Source of the DNA: a bacterium
GTDB taxonomy: Bacteria > UBA8248
Assembly (NCBI GenBank): GCA_965207065.1
Contig: OZ242260.1
Coordinates: 3,200,001 to 3,264,000, forward strand
Direction of reading: 5' to 3'
DNA length: 64,000 nucleotides
Below are positions 51,615 to 63,105 of the stretch, one piece after another. The translations under genes were made by a program, and so were the position numbers. The notes below the pieces were generated by a model. That model was given only the letters and a program-made list of their open reading frames with translations, ran no database searches and was not told where the DNA came from. The stretch's first letter is position 1. Each line of letters opens with the position of its first letter.

Positions 51615-52490
51615 CTATCTGACGATTTGCGTGCCCACGCCTTCTTTCGTGAACACTTCGAGCAAAACAGCGTGTGAAACCCTTCCGTCGACGATGTGGG
51701 TTTTCGTGACGTCCGATGAGAGGGCGTCCAGACACGCGTCGACTTTCGGGATCATCCCGCCGGTGATGATTTTCTCGTCTTTGAGCCTGTTGACATCATC
51801 GCGCTTCACGGTGCTGATCAGGTTTTCGCTTTCATCCAGAATGCCGGGCACGTCCGTCAGGAGGATGAATTTTTCCGCATGAAGCGCCCCGGCGATGGCG
51901 CCCGCCGCCGAATCGGCGTTGATGTTGTAGACGTTGCCGTCCTGCCCAACGCCCAAAGGAGCGATAACGGGGATGAAACCGCCATCGGTAAGATGGTGGA
52001 TGATGTCGGGCCGTATGGCCAGGACCTCGCCGACGCGCCCCAGGTCATATTCCACGTCCTCTCCGCCGGGCCCTTTTCTGTTCATGATCAATTTCTTCGC
52101 CGTCGTAAGCCCTGCGTCCGATCCGGAAAGGCCCACGGCGTTACCCCCGTGCCGGTTGATGAGTCTCACGATGCTCTTGTTCGTGGCGCCGGAAAGCACC
52201 ATCTCCACGACGCCGACCGTTTCCTCGTCCGTCACCCGGAGGCCTTCGATGAACTCGCTGGTCTTGCCGATTTTCTTGAGGGTTTCGCCGATTTGAGGCC
52301 CGCCGCCGTGGACGACGACCACGTTGATACCCACGTACTTGAGCAGCACGATGTCCTGGGCGAAGGGGGCGTGAAGCTCCGGCTGCACCTGGGCGGCGCC
52401 GCCGTATTTGACGACGATGGTCTTGCCCGCAAACTGTTGGATATAGGGCAGCGCTTCAACGAGCGTCGCCGCCCTGTCTCTTGGTTCCAT
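51615..52490 (-). CDS. argB: Acetylglutamate kinase
   Basis: VVKYGG, VHGGGPQI, NINAD, GGMIPK. Confidence 0.96.
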   Translation of the reverse strand: MEPRDRAATLVEALPYIQQFAGKTIVVKYGGAAQVQPELHAPFAQDIVLLKYVGINVVVVHGGGPQIGETLKKIGKTSEFIEGLRVTDEETVGVVEMVLSGATNKSIVRLINRHGGNAVGLSGSDAGLTTAKKLIMNRKGPGGEDVEYDLGRVGEVLAIRPDIIHHLTDGGFIPVIAPLGVGQDGNVYNINADSAAGAIAGALHAEKFILLTDVPGILDESENLISTVKRDDVNRLKDEKIITGGMIPKVDACLDALSSDVTKTHIVDGRVSHAVLLEVFTKEGVGTQIVR

Positions 52491-52593
52491 GTCTAAACCT
52501 TCAAAAAGAAACGATGAAATACGGGTCTCTCGTCATAAGCCGAGAAATATACACTTCCCCGAGGCGCAAGGCCAAGGGGGAAGGGCAGAAGGT

Positions 52594-53952
52594 TTAGAGA
52601 ATATAACGGCTCAAGTCAAGGTCTTCGACGATGTCGCTCAAGCGCTCGCGCACGTAGGCGGCGTCTATCTCCACGTTTTCGCCGGACATCTCGGGGGCCC
52701 GGAAAGAAATTTCCTCGAGAAGCCGCTCCATGATGGTGTGGAGTCTTCTGGCGCCGATGTTCTCGGTCTGCTCGTTGATGCGGAATGCGAAGTGGGCCAC
52801 TTCCTTCACGGCGTCTTCCCCGAACGTGATGTTGACGCCCTCCGTCGCCAGAAGAGCCGGGTATTGGCGCACAAGCGCGTTCTCGGGTTCCTGGAGTATG
52901 CGGATGAAATCATCGCGGTCCAGGGAGTCGAGTTCCACGCGGATGGGGAAACGGCCCTGCAGTTCAGGCAGGAGGTCCGAGGGCTTGGCCATGTGGAACG
53001 CTCCCGCCGCGATGAAGAGGATGTGGTCCGTCTTCGCCGGGCCGTACTTGGTCTGTACGGTGGAACCCTCCACGATGGGGAGCAGGTCTCTTTGCACGCC
53101 TTCGCGCGAGACGTCGGGGCCGCCTCTTCCGTTGTTCTGGGCGGCGACCTTGTCGACTTCATCGAGAAACACGATGCCGGACTGCTCGGTGCGTTCGATG
53201 GCCTCGGCGTTCAGGTTGTCCGGGTCGATGAGCTTGTCCGCCTCATCCTGGGCGAGATACTCGAAAGCTTCGGGCACCTTCATGCGCCTGCTCTTGGGGG
53301 CTTGAGGCATGAAGTTTCCCATGATTTCCTTCATGTTGATCCCGATTTGATCCATGTCGTTCCCGCCCATGAAATGAATTTCGGGGCCTTTATCCGCCAC
53401 TTCTATCTCCACTTCACGGTCGTCGAGTTTGCCTTCGAGCAAAAGGGCGCGAAACTTCTGCCGTGTTCGCTGGTAGCTTTCCTCGCCGAGCGGGTCCTTG
53501 GATTGGCCCCGCTCGTCCATCGCGCCGAATCCGGGAGGATGCGGCAAGAGCATGTCGAGGAGCCGCTCTTCGGCCAGTTCCTGGGCTTTGGCTTTGTTGA
53601 TATCGCGTTGTTCTTCCTGGACGATGTTCCGCGCCAGTTCGACGAGATCGCGAATCATGCTCTCGACGTCCCGGCCTACGTAGCCCACCTCGGTGAATTT
53701 GCTGGCTTCGACCTTGATAAAGGGGCTTTTGGTTAGCTTGGCCAGGCGTCTTGCGATCTCGGTTTTCCCTACGCCGGTGGGGCCTATCATGATGATGTTC
53801 TTGGGAGCCACGTCCTCCGCCATCTCGGGCGGCAGTTGTTGTCTTCGCCAGCGGTTTCTGAGCGCAATCGCCACTGCTCGTTTGGCGTCCTTCTGGCCGA
53901 CGACGTAGCGGTCAAGTTCCTCGACGATTCGAGTAGGCGTGAGATTTTCCAT
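52594..53952 (-). CDS. hslU: ATP-dependent protease ATPase subunit HslU
   Basis: [38 protein letters not shown]. Confidence 0.97.
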   Translation of the reverse strand: MENLTPTRIVEELDRYVVGQKDAKRAVAIALRNRWRRQQLPPEMAEDVAPKNIIMIGPTGVGKTEIARRLAKLTKSPFIKVEASKFTEVGYVGRDVESMIRDLVELARNIVQEEQRDINKAKAQELAEERLLDMLLPHPPGFGAMDERGQSKDPLGEESYQRTRQKFRALLLEGKLDDREVEIEVADKGPEIHFMGGNDMDQIGINMKEIMGNFMPQAPKSRRMKVPEAFEYLAQDEADKLIDPDNLNAEAIERTEQSGIVFLDEVDKVAAQNNGRGGPDVSREGVQRDLLPIVEGSTVQTKYGPAKTDHILFIAAGAFHMAKPSDLLPELQGRFPIRVELDSLDRDDFIRILQEPENALVRQYPALLATEGVNITFGEDAVKEVAHFAFRINEQTENIGARRLHTIMERLLEEISFRAPEMSGENVEIDAAYVRERLSDIVEDLDLSRYIL

Positions 53953-54500
53953 CAAAGGGTTTCCACTGAAATGTTGCTGTTGGTGTAGATGCAGATATCA
54001 GATGTGATTTCCAGAGATTTTCTTACGATTTCATCTGCGTTCAATTCAGGCTCCAGACTTAGGATTCCGCGCGCGGCGGCGATGGCCATGGGGCCTCCGC
54101 TGCCGATACCAAGCACGCCGTCATCCGGCTCGATGATGTCTCCCGTACCCGAGAGGATGAGCGAGGTATTCTCGTTCGCCACTGCCAGGAGGGCTTCCAG
54201 GCGGCGCAAGACCCTGTCCGTCCGCCAGTCCTTGCCCATCTCCACGGCGGCGCGGGAGAGGTTTCCCCGGAATTCTTCGAGCTTGCCCTCGAAGCGCTCG
54301 AACAGGGCGATGGCGTCGGAAGCCGAACCAGCGAAACCGGCGAGGACTTTCCCGTCGCCGAGCTTGCGGATTTTCACGGCGCCGTGCTTTACCGCTGCAT
54401 TTCCCATGGTGACCTGCCCATCCCCGCCGAGAGCAGTTTGTCCTTTATAGCGTAGAGCGAGAATGGTTGTGGAGCGAATAACTTCACCTGGCGTCGTCAT
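53952..54500 (-). CDS. hslV: ATP-dependent protease subunit HslV
   Basis: TTIL, GDGQVT, GFAG, WRTDR.LRRLEA, IGSGG. Confidence 0.97.
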   Translation of the reverse strand: MTTPGEVIRSTTILALRYKGQTALGGDGQVTMGNAAVKHGAVKIRKLGDGKVLAGFAGSASDAIALFERFEGKLEEFRGNLSRAAVEMGKDWRTDRVLRRLEALLAVANENTSLILSGTGDIIEPDDGVLGIGSGGPMAIAAARGILSLEPELNADEIVRKSLEITSDICIYTNSNISVETL

Positions 54501-55442
54501 CTATCGCCCTCGTTCTTGTTTCTTCTTTGCCCTGGGGTGCGCATCGTCATATACGGCGCGCAAATGAGAAAAATCCACCTGTGTGTATCTTTGTGTCGTG
54601 GATAGGCTTGCGTGTCCCAATAGTTCCTGAATCGATCTCAGGTCGGCCTCCTGGCTTTCCAGCAAATGCGTCGCCGCCGTATGGCGGAGAGCATGAGGGG
54701 TGAAATGATAACCGAAACCGCCTTTTTTTTCATACGCAAGGAAGATGGAACGCACGAAGGCCGGTGAAATCCGCTTGTTTCGTTTGTTGATGAATAGGGG
54801 CGTATCCTCGTGAGGAGCTATTCCTGCTTGCGCGAGATGGTTGTCTACAGCCTTTTCCGCTTCTTTGGTGATGGGTACGATTCTCTCTTTTCTTCCTTTC
54901 CCGCGAACGCGGATGAGTCTTTCCGCCATGTTCAAGTCGGAGCGGTTCAGCCCTGTCAATTCGCTGACGCGCAGGCCCGAGCCGTAGAGAAGCTCGAAGA
55001 TCGCCTTGTCCCTCATGCCTTCGGGGGTCGAAGTATCGGGCATCTCCATGAGGCGGACAGCGTCATCCACGGGCAGGAAGGTAGGCAGGGGCCTGTTTTC
55101 TTTGGGAGAGGGGACCTCTCCCGCCGGGTCGGATAGGGGGAGGCCCTCTCGCCTCAAGAAACGAAACAGGCTCCGTATGCTCGATAGATGCCGATTCACC
55201 GTCGCAGGGGAGACTCCCTTGCGGTACAAAAATCCGAGGTAGCCTCTGACGGCCAGAGAGTCGATTTCATCCAACGGAACCGGCTTCTGCGCCCAATCGG
55301 TGAGGAACTCATCGAAATCTTTCAAGTCCGCCGCGTATGCGCGAAGCGTGTGTTCTGAACTGTCTCGCTCATCGCGCAAATGCGCTTCAAACAACTCCCG
55401 AGCTTCGCTCAGACAGTTTGTGAGTCGAGTTTGCTTCGCCAT
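54501..55442 (-). CDS. xerC: Tyrosine recombinase XerC
   Basis: GLRVSEL, GKG.KER, HALRH, LLGHASLSTTQ.YT; trmFO-xerC-hslVU context. Confidence 0.9.
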   Translation of the reverse strand: MAKQTRLTNCLSEARELFEAHLRDERDSSEHTLRAYAADLKDFDEFLTDWAQKPVPLDEIDSLAVRGYLGFLYRKGVSPATVNRHLSSIRSLFRFLRREGLPLSDPAGEVPSPKENRPLPTFLPVDDAVRLMEMPDTSTPEGMRDKAIFELLYGSGLRVSELTGLNRSDLNMAERLIRVRGKGRKERIVPITKEAEKAVDNHLAQAGIAPHEDTPLFINKRNKRISPAFVRSIFLAYEKKGGFGYHFTPHALRHTAATHLLESQEADLRSIQELLGHASLSTTQRYTQVDFSHLRAVYDDAHPRAKKKQERGR

Positions 55443-56743
55443 TGCTCCAAATCCTCGATAGCGCGATTGGTGACGTGCTTTTTCCTCAACTTTTTGGGAA
55501 CGCGCTTTTCCAGGGGCGGAAAGAGGCCGTAGTTGATGTTCATGGGCTGGAATTTTTTTGGATTCGCTTCGATGATGTAGCGATTCAATGCGCCGAGCGC
55601 AGTTGTGGCGGGCGGGGGAGTGATGGGTTCTCCCTGTATGGTGGCTGCCGCATTGATTCCCGCGATAAGGCCGATGGCGGCCGATTCAAGGTATCCTTCC
55701 ACGCCGGTGAGTTGGCCCGCCATGAAAATATGCGGGTGACGCTTGAGTTGCAAGGTAATCCGCATCAGGCGCGGCGCATTGATGTAGGTATTCCGGTGCA
55801 GGCTTCCGTAGCGTAGAAAACGGGCTTTCTCAAGTGCGGGAAGTGTCGAGAAGATGCGTTTTTGCTCGGGGTAGCGCAGCCTGGTCTGAAATCCCACCAT
55901 GGAAAAGTAATCGCCCGTCAGGTCCTCGCGCCTGAGTTGGGCGACCGCACAGTATGTTTCTCCCGTATCGGGGTGTTCGAGACCCACGGGCTTCATCGGC
56001 CCGAACGCCAGAGTGTCTTTTCCGCGAGCTGCCATTTCTTCGAGAGGAAGACAGCCCTCGAAATAGATCGCACGCTCGAATTCCCGGAGGGGGATTTTCT
56101 CGCCGACGAGAAGATCCTCGACGAATTGGTAATACTGCGTTTCGCTGAGGCCCAGGTTGATATAGTCGCCCTCACCGCCTTCTTCGTTGCCCTTTCCGTA
56201 GCGCGAGCCCTTGAACGCCGTCGACATGTCGATACTGTCCGCATGAAGAATGGGCGAAATGGCGTCGTAGAAATAAAGGTACTTGCCTTGCGTCAGGCGG
56301 GCGATTTCGGCGGAGAGGGAATCGCTCGTGAGCGGGCCGGTGGCGACGATGGTGAGGGTTTTCTCCTCCAAATCGTTGATTTCTTCTCGGTGGATGGTGA
56401 TTCGCGGATCGTTTTCGATCGTTTCGGTAATCGTCTTGCTGAAAGACGCCCGGTCGACGGCCAACGCCAAGCCTGCGGGAACCCGGCAGGAATCCGCGCC
56501 CTGCAAGATGAGCGAATCGAGTTTGCGCATCTCTTCTTTGAGTAGGCCCGAGGCGTTTTCCACCGAATTCGAGCGGAACGAATTCGAGCAGACGAGCTCG
56601 GCCAACCCGCTGGTTTCATGGGCGGGCGTTTTCTTGTGGGGACGCATTTCGTAGAGGTCGACCTCTACGCCCCGCCTGGCCGCTTGCCAGGCGGCTTCAC
56701 AGCCCGCCAGGCCACCGCCGATGATACGCAGTCTTTCGCTCAA
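55409..56743 (-). CDS. trmFO: Folate-dependent tRNA (uracil-5)-methyltransferase
   Basis: GGGLAG.EAAWQ, ELVCSNS, YFEGCLP, GPMKPVGL, GQLTGVEGY. Confidence 0.96.
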   Translation of the reverse strand: MSERLRIIGGGLAGCEAAWQAARRGVEVDLYEMRPHKKTPAHETSGLAELVCSNSFRSNSVENASGLLKEEMRKLDSLILQGADSCRVPAGLALAVDRASFSKTITETIENDPRITIHREEINDLEEKTLTIVATGPLTSDSLSAEIARLTQGKYLYFYDAISPILHADSIDMSTAFKGSRYGKGNEEGGEGDYINLGLSETQYYQFVEDLLVGEKIPLREFERAIYFEGCLPLEEMAARGKDTLAFGPMKPVGLEHPDTGETYCAVAQLRREDLTGDYFSMVGFQTRLRYPEQKRIFSTLPALEKARFLRYGSLHRNTYINAPRLMRITLQLKRHPHIFMAGQLTGVEGYLESAAIGLIAGINAAATIQGEPITPPPATTALGALNRYIIEANPKKFQPMNINYGLFPPLEKRVPKKLRKKHVTNRAIEDLEQWRSKLDSQTV

Positions 56744-59256
56744 GCCGAGGCCTCCTGGGCGGGGGTGACTTTCGAGGCTTCCTTCCGCTCGACGAGTTCA
56801 GGAGGACATTCTACCGCATATCCGCATTCTTTCTTGGGGCAGGCGAGCTGGTTCCCGTTCTTCTTGGTCGTCTTTATCGTCAGGATGGGATTCCCGCAAG
56901 AGGGGCAGGGCTGCGCCACGGGCCAATCCCAGGCGACGGTCTTGCACCCAGGGAAGCGATTGCACCCGTAGAACGGTTTTCCGGTACGGCGGGAGCGCCG
57001 CTCCACCAGTTCCCCGTCGCAATCCTCACGGGGGCAGGACACGCCGGTCGTCCTGGGGGCAGGGGCGGCCTGTCCATTGCCGAGCGCTTTTCTTTTCTTG
57101 TGCGTATCCGGGGATGCCGTGCAGGAGAGATATATTCCAAAAGGTCCTCGTTTCGCCTGCATGGGCGCGCCGCACTCCTCGCAAGGCTGGGCGAGTTCCT
57201 CGATACGGGCCATCTCTTCCGCCGCTTCCGGCTCAGGCTCGTTCTCGGTGGGAATGCTTTCCGAATAACGGCAGCCCGGGTAACCCGAACACGATATGAA
57301 CCAGCCGTTTTTGCTGAATTTCTTCACCAGCTCACGCTCGCATTCAGGACAATTTCTGCCGATGGGTTCTCCTTTGGTCTTGAGATTCGGCAGTTCTTTT
57401 TTGGCTATCTGAATTTTCCTGTCGAAACTGTCGTAAAAATCTCTCATCACGGGCAGCCACGACGTCGTTCCGTTCTCGATGTCATCGAGATATTTTTCCA
57501 TCTTTGCGGTGAAACCCACGTCGATCTGGTCGGGAAAACCCTGTATGAGAAGGCGGTTCACTTCCCGGCCAAGGGAGGAGGGCGTGAATTGCCTGCGTTT
57601 TCTTTCTATGGTGACGTATTTGCGCTTCTCCAACGTGTCCAGGATGCTCGCGTAGGTGCTCGGGCGACCCACGCCGTCTTCTTCGAGTTCCTTCACCAAA
57701 GAGGCTTCCGTATAGCGCGGCGGAGGCTGGGTGAAGTGCTGCTCGGGCGCGACGCCGGTGGGAGCGGATTCGGATTTCACGAGCGATAGAGGGTCGGCGT
57801 CCTCGAGAGGCGGAAGCAGCCTGTCTTTACCGGAACCGGCTGACCTGGAATTCGGGCCGTCCGCGTTGTTCCCGGGTTCGGAATCGCTTTGATATACCCT
57901 CAAAAAACCCTTGAATTTCAGGACGGAACCGCTTGCCCGCAGGAGGAGTTCCTCATCCTCTTGATGGTCGTGAGTGATGTCCACGCTCGTCTGGTCGTAA
58001 ACGGCCGACGTCATCTGGCATGCGAGAAAGCGCCTCCATATGAGGCTGTAGAGAGAGAATTGTTCGGGTTTCAGGAAAGCGCGCACCTTCTCGGGCGTGA
58101 GCCCGACATCGGTGGGCCGTATCGCCTCATGCGCGTCCTGGGCCGTCTCCCTCGTCTTGTAGACGTTCGGCCTATGGGGAAGGTGGTCTTTCCCGTATTT
58201 CGTCTCGACATACGAGCGGGCCGCGGCGATGGACTCAGGCGCCAGGCGTACGGAATCCGTTCTCATATAAGTGATGAGGCCGACGTTTCCCGCTTCGCGT
58301 CCCAGGTTCACCCCTTCATATAAAGACTGGGCGATGCTCATGGTCTTTTTTGCGCCGTAGCGCAGCTTGCTGGAACTTTCCTGTTGAAGAGTGCTGGTGA
58401 TGAAAGGAGCGGGCGGTCTGCGCCGACGCTCTTTTTTTTCAACCCTGGAGACTCTCAAAGCGCTGGCGGCAATTTTTTCCGCCAGTTCCATCGCTCTGGC
58501 TTCATTCGGAATTTCAGCCTCTTTTCCGGCGATTCGGTGCAGTTTGGCTTCAAACGGAGGGTCAAAGCCTGTTTTTTCCAGGTGCGCTGTGATGCTCCAG
58601 TATTCTTTTGGCTCGAAGGCATCAATCGCGTCTTCGCGTTCGCAAATCAGTTTCAGCGCGACCGACTGCACCCGGCCCGCGCTGAGGCCGAATGCGACCT
58701 TGTTCCAGAGTATTTCGCCGGAGAGCTTGAAGCCCACGATTCTGTCCAGCTTTCTGCGGGTTTCCTGCGCGTCCACTTTTTTCTGATCGATTCGACCGGG
58801 TTTCGCGAGCGCCTCCTGCACCGCACGTTTCGTGATCTCGTTGAAAGTCACCCGGTAGAACTCGCTCTCGGCCCCGGAAGCCCCGAGGAGTTCCTGAATG
58901 TGCCAGGCAATGGCCTCACCCTCGCGGTCCGGGTCCGGCGCCAGATAAATCTCCTTCGCCGCCTTCGCCGCCTTACGCAACTGGTCGATGGTCTTTACTT
59001 TTCCGTGAATGACGCCGTAATCGGCCTTGAAATCGTTGTGAACGTCTATTCCCATTTTGCGCTCACCCGTTTTTTGCAAGTCACGGACATGGCCCCGCGA
59101 CGCGAGGATATCGTAATCCGAACCCAGGAATTTCTGGATGGTGCGAACCTTTGTCGGTGATTCTACGATGAGGAGCTTGGGCGCGGGTTTTCGTGCATTG
59201 CTCCTGGATGGGGAGCGTTTCGATGCGGCTTTTTTAGATGTTTTTTTGTCGGTCAT
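56740..59256 (-). CDS. topA: DNA topoisomerase I with C-terminal zinc ribbons
   Basis: IVESP, DPDREGE, SAGRVQS, ITYMRTDS, GVGRPSTY, repeated CxxC. Confidence 0.97.
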   Translation of the reverse strand: MTDKKTSKKAASKRSPSRSNARKPAPKLLIVESPTKVRTIQKFLGSDYDILASRGHVRDLQKTGERKMGIDVHNDFKADYGVIHGKVKTIDQLRKAAKAAKEIYLAPDPDREGEAIAWHIQELLGASGAESEFYRVTFNEITKRAVQEALAKPGRIDQKKVDAQETRRKLDRIVGFKLSGEILWNKVAFGLSAGRVQSVALKLICEREDAIDAFEPKEYWSITAHLEKTGFDPPFEAKLHRIAGKEAEIPNEARAMELAEKIAASALRVSRVEKKERRRRPPAPFITSTLQQESSSKLRYGAKKTMSIAQSLYEGVNLGREAGNVGLITYMRTDSVRLAPESIAAARSYVETKYGKDHLPHRPNVYKTRETAQDAHEAIRPTDVGLTPEKVRAFLKPEQFSLYSLIWRRFLACQMTSAVYDQTSVDITHDHQEDEELLLRASGSVLKFKGFLRVYQSDSEPGNNADGPNSRSAGSGKDRLLPPLEDADPLSLVKSESAPTGVAPEQHFTQPPPRYTEASLVKELEEDGVGRPSTYASILDTLEKRKYVTIERKRRQFTPSSLGREVNRLLIQGFPDQIDVGFTAKMEKYLDDIENGTTSWLPVMRDFYDSFDRKIQIAKKELPNLKTKGEPIGRNCPECERELVKKFSKNGWFISCSGYPGCRYSESIPTENEPEPEAAEEMARIEELAQPCEECGAPMQAKRGPFGIYLSCTASPDTHKKRKALGNGQAAPAPRTTGVSCPREDCDGELVERRSRRTGKPFYGCNRFPGCKTVAWDWPVAQPCPSCGNPILTIKTTKKNGNQLACPKKECGYAVECPPELVERKEASKVTPAQEASA

Positions 59257-59412
59257 TTATTTCTCATGCCCACGGGTTGTTGTTCAGGATTCCGGTTATT
59301 GATGGATCTTCCTGGTGGGCGGCTTTATATTTTCGATTTGCGAACGCTTGCGCAATCGCGGGTTCATTTTCAATTATGAAATTTCCTGTCGACGCTTGAG
59401 GCGATCGCTTGT

Positions 59413-60591
59413 TCATAAGACTCTTTCGTACACTCCCGAGGTTGTTTGTCGCACGAGGCCTTCCAATTCCAGGCGCAACAAGGCGGATGAAACTTCCTGT
59501 GCCGGCATGCCACGCTGCTGTGTCAGGCCCTCTATAGTGTTGTCTCCATTTTCCAGCAGGAGGAGAAGCGCATTTTCGTCCTCCGTGAGATTCGGGTTCG
59601 GCGTCTCCTTTGGAACTTCGCTTTTTTCAGGGCCCAATCCCTTGACTCGAATCTGCGCTGGATTATCTAGCATACTTCGGACGTACTCTGGAAGAGCGTC
59701 GACGATGTCGTCCGCATTTTCCACCAGGTGCGCCCCTTGTTTGAGAAGGTGATGGCAGCCGGTGCTTTTCTGGGTATGGACGGGTCCGGGCACGGCCATC
59801 ACCTCGCGGCCCTGTTCGAGCGCCAGCCGGGCGGTCAGGAGAGCGCCGCTTCGCTGCGCGGCCTCAATGACGACCGTCGCAAGGGACAAGCCGCTGATAA
59901 GGCGGTTTCTCCGGGGGAAATTCTCTTTTCTCGGATGAGCGCGAAGGTGAAATTCTGATATCACGGCGCCTTGGGTGGCGATCTCCCGCCTGAGTTCCTT
60001 ATGTTCGGCGGGGTAGTTTTGGGTCAGACCACAGCCGAGGACGGCGATGGTTCTGCCTCCCGCATCGAGTGTGGCTTTGTGAGCTTCCGCATCGATGCCG
60101 TAGGCCATTCCGCTTACGATCGTAATTCCTTTTCTGGCGAGATCGGCCGCAAGCTGCCTCGCCACACGCTTTCCGTAGTCCGTAGGGCGTCGCATACCGA
60201 CAATAGCGACGGCGAGACGATCCGTGGCGAGGATTTCGCCCTCGATGAAGAATGCGCCCGGCGGGGCGTAAATCTCGCGCAGGGATTCAGGATACTGGGC
60301 GGAATCGCGCGTGATTATTCCTGCGCCTAGTTTCGAAGCCTCCTGACGGATTTTGGCGGCCAAATCGACCGGTGAGTCTTTATCAAGAACTTCACGCGCT
60401 TTTCGGCCGCACAGGCGCGCAAACACGTCGGAGGGCGCATTTAGAGCTTCCGTGGGACGCTCAAATGATTCGGTAAGTCGATTCAGTCGCTCGGGTGTCA
60501 TTCCCGGCAGGGTTTGTAAGACAAGCCAAGCGTCGGATGCGCTCGATGAATCTCGATTCTCGATACGCGTCGTGGGGTTCGAGGTGCTCAT
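59413..60591 (-). CDS. dprA: DNA-processing protein DprA
   Basis: SGMAYGID, FP.RNRLISGLS, SGALLTA..A.EQGREV.AVPG, L.LEL.G. Confidence 0.95.
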   Translation of the reverse strand: MSTSNPTTRIENRDSSSASDAWLVLQTLPGMTPERLNRLTESFERPTEALNAPSDVFARLCGRKAREVLDKDSPVDLAAKIRQEASKLGAGIITRDSAQYPESLREIYAPPGAFFIEGEILATDRLAVAIVGMRRPTDYGKRVARQLAADLARKGITIVSGMAYGIDAEAHKATLDAGGRTIAVLGCGLTQNYPAEHKELRREIATQGAVISEFHLRAHPRKENFPRRNRLISGLSLATVVIEAAQRSGALLTARLALEQGREVMAVPGPVHTQKSTGCHHLLKQGAHLVENADDIVDALPEYVRSMLDNPAQIRVKGLGPEKSEVPKETPNPNLTEDENALLLLLENGDNTIEGLTQQRGMPAQEVSSALLRLELEGLVRQTTSGVYERVL

Positions 60592-60687
60592 TCACGATCT
60601 CCGGTGTTCCTCACACCTGAACCCATAACATGGAGTCCGTATCTCGTGTCAAGACAGAGGATATGTTCAGAGTGATGTGGGAATGGT

Positions 60688-61449
60688 TTATCTATTTTCA
60701 TCAGGCTTATTCCGGGTGTAGTGCTTGAGGTTTTGAAGTTGAACCTTCGCTTTTTTGGACAGGGGGTGTGCGGGGAATTTTTCGACCAGGTTTTCGAATT
60801 CAAGGGATGCATTCAAGGGGAATTTCCGACGGATATAGATAAGCCCTCGTTTGTAATAGGCATCCGGAACTTTCTTGCTTTTTGGGTATCTTGTGATGAG
60901 TTTGAGTAATTCATTCAGCGCCTCGTGGTATTGCCTGAGTCCGTAGTAGGACTCCCCAAGCCAATATTGGGAATGAGGAGCCAACTGATTTTTGGGAAAC
61001 AGGCGCAAAAAACGAAGAAATCCTCGAATGGCTGCCTCATTTTTCCCGTCCCTGACGGCGCGGTAGGATTTGTTGTAGAGCGCCTGCGGGGTGATGGAGG
61101 CGACTTTTGGCTTTTCCATCCTTTTTTGAGGCGATTGGCGTATCGAGAAGTTCTTGGCGATGATGTTTTCCCGCCTCAGTCTTTCTATTGTGGCCTCCAG
61201 AGTGCTCATTTCCTTTCTCAAGTCACGAATTCCTTGAGTGAGCGTTTCGATTTTCCTGGCGGATTCGGCTGCTTGCGCCTCGAGGCGCACATTATGCGCC
61301 TTGGCGGTGGACAATTCTTTTTCGAGCGCATTGACGTCGGAAACGCTTCGGGGTTTCTCGTTGGGATTGGAGCCTGGATTGAGTTGGGGGAAATTGGCGC
61401 ACCCTGCAAGGAACACAGCGAATGCCAATGAGCACACACTTCGCCGCAT
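60688..61449 (-). CDS. cpoB: Tol-Pal protein YbgF/CpoB-like lipoprotein
   Basis: Lipobox LAG-C, coiled coil, TPR with QYWLGESYY and YP.S.KVPDA. Confidence 0.8.
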   Translation of the reverse strand: MRRSVCSLAFAVFLAGCANFPQLNPGSNPNEKPRSVSDVNALEKELSTAKAHNVRLEAQAAESARKIETLTQGIRDLRKEMSTLEATIERLRRENIIAKNFSIRQSPQKRMEKPKVASITPQALYNKSYRAVRDGKNEAAIRGFLRFLRLFPKNQLAPHSQYWLGESYYGLRQYHEALNELLKLITRYPKSKKVPDAYYKRGLIYIRRKFPLNASLEFENLVEKFPAHPLSKKAKVQLQNLKHYTRNKPDENR

Positions 61450-61497
61450 ATCATATATCCTCAGGGCGGCAAAATCACAAAAAAGCAGGGCGCCTCG

Positions 61498-63105
61498 TTA
61501 CAGGCGAACGACTTCGAAGCCTTCGCGATGCAGTTCGGCATCGCCTTTTATGACGAGTTGTATGTTGAGAAGGCTTTCGAGTTCTTCCACGTGCCTTCTT
61601 TCTTCATCGAGGAGGATATCCACGACCTCGGGGTGGATGTTGATGAGGAATTTTGAGGCGTCCTTGTGTGCTCTCCTCATCCGGCGCACTTCACGCATGG
61701 CTTCATAGCTCACCGAAATCGCGGACTTCACCTGTCCGCGTCCTTCGCAGTAAGGGCATGCGGTGCAGAGCGTTCTCTGGATGCTGTCCCGAACGCGCTT
61801 TCGGGTCATCTCGACGAGCCCTAGTTCGCTGATCTTCAAAATGTTGGTTCGCGAACGGTCTTTCCTGAGTTCCTCCTTGAAGGTGTTGAATACTTTATCT
61901 CGATTCTCTTCTTTTTCCATGTCGATGTAATCGACGATGATGATCCCGCCCAGGTTGCGCAGGCGCAATTGGGCTACGATTTCGCGCACCGCCTCCAGAT
62001 TCGTTTCGAGTATCGTCTCCTCGGGGCTTTTCTTGCCCACGAATCTTCCGGTGTTGACGTCGATCGTCGTGAGCGCCTCGGTCTGATCGATCACGATATA
62101 GCCGCCGTTGCGCAGCCACACGCGCTGGCCGAGAGCGCGCTCGAGTTCTAATTCGACGCCGAAATAATCGAATATCGGCTCATCGCCGTCATAGTGCTGG
62201 AGCTTGGGAACCAGATGCGGATAATAGCTTTGTATAAATTCCCTGGTTTTCAGATATTGTTCCTTGTCGTCGATGATCATCCTGTCGACGGAGGAATTGA
62301 ACAAATCCCTTACGGTCCGCTCAATGATGGTCAGGTTCGAATGAATCCGGGACGGCGAGGAAGCCGATTCGTTTTTGATCAGAATATCTTCCCAGAGCGC
62401 GTGCAGGAAATTCACGTTGGCTTCGATGTCCTGGGCGGGCATGGTTTCACTCGCCGTGCGCACGATGTATCCGGCTCCTGGTTGGCGGTTTTTGCGTACA
62501 AGTTTCTTGAGTCTTTTCCTTTCATCTTCGTTCTCGATTCGCCTGCTGATGCCGATTTGCTTGATCGTGGGCATGTAGACCACATACCGGCCAGGCAGAG
62601 TGATGTAGCTCGTCAGCCTGGAGCCTTTGGTGCCAAGGGGCTCTTTGCTGACCTGGACGATGACGTCCTGGCCGTCTTTGAGCAGGTCCTCGATGTGGCG
62701 CTCTTCTTCCCAACGGCGAGGTCGTCTTCCGATGAGGTTACGATGAGATCCGTTTTGCTGCTCGTCCTTGCCGCCATCGTGTTCGTCCCCGTTGCTGAAG
62801 TCGTTGCCTTCAAAATCGAGGTCATCGTCGTCTTCTGATTGTTCCGTCGCGAGTTTCCTGTAATTCTCGATGGATTCGATTGTGTCGACGTCGCTCACGT
62901 AGAGAAAGCCCGCCTTTTCCAGTCCGATGTCTACAAACGCCGCCTGCATTCCCGGCAGCACTTTTGTGACTTTTCCCTTGTATATATTGCCGACGATGTT
63001 CTTGCCGCTTTCTCGTTCGATGTAAAGCTCGGCCGCTACCCCGTTTTCGAGCAGCGCGATGCGCGTCTCAAACGGCTCGGCGTTGACGACGATTTCAGAC
63101 GGCAT
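61498..63105 (-). CDS. rng: Ribonuclease G (Rne/Rng family)
   Basis: GNIYKG.V..VLPGMQAAFVDIG, QV.KEP.GTKG, IDVNTG, RLRNLGGII.VD.IDM. Confidence 0.93.
   Translation of the reverse strand: MPSEIVVNAEPFETRIALLENGVAAELYIERESGKNIVGNIYKGKVTKVLPGMQAAFVDIGLEKAGFLYVSDVDTIESIENYRKLATEQSEDDDDLDFEGNDFSNGDEHDGGKDEQQNGSHRNLIGRRPRRWEEERHIEDLLKDGQDVIVQVSKEPLGTKGSRLTSYITLPGRYVVYMPTIKQIGISRRIENEDERKRLKKLVRKNRQPGAGYIVRTASETMPAQDIEANVNFLHALWEDILIKNESASSPSRIHSNLTIIERTVRDLFNSSVDRMIIDDKEQYLKTREFIQSYYPHLVPKLQHYDGDEPIFDYFGVELELERALGQRVWLRNGGYIVIDQTEALTTIDVNTGRFVGKKSPEETILETNLEAVREIVAQLRLRNLGGIIIVDYIDMEKEENRDKVFNTFKEELRKDRSRTNILKISELGLVEMTRKRVRDSIQRTLCTACPYCEGRGQVKSAISVSYEAMREVRRMRRAHKDASKFLINIHPEVVDILLDEERRHVEELESLLNIQLVIKGDAELHREGFEVVRL

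Noticed and set aside
54501-55442. Prophage or island integrase
   Set aside because: Housekeeping xerC context (topA-trmFO-xerC-hslVU), no att sites or cargo
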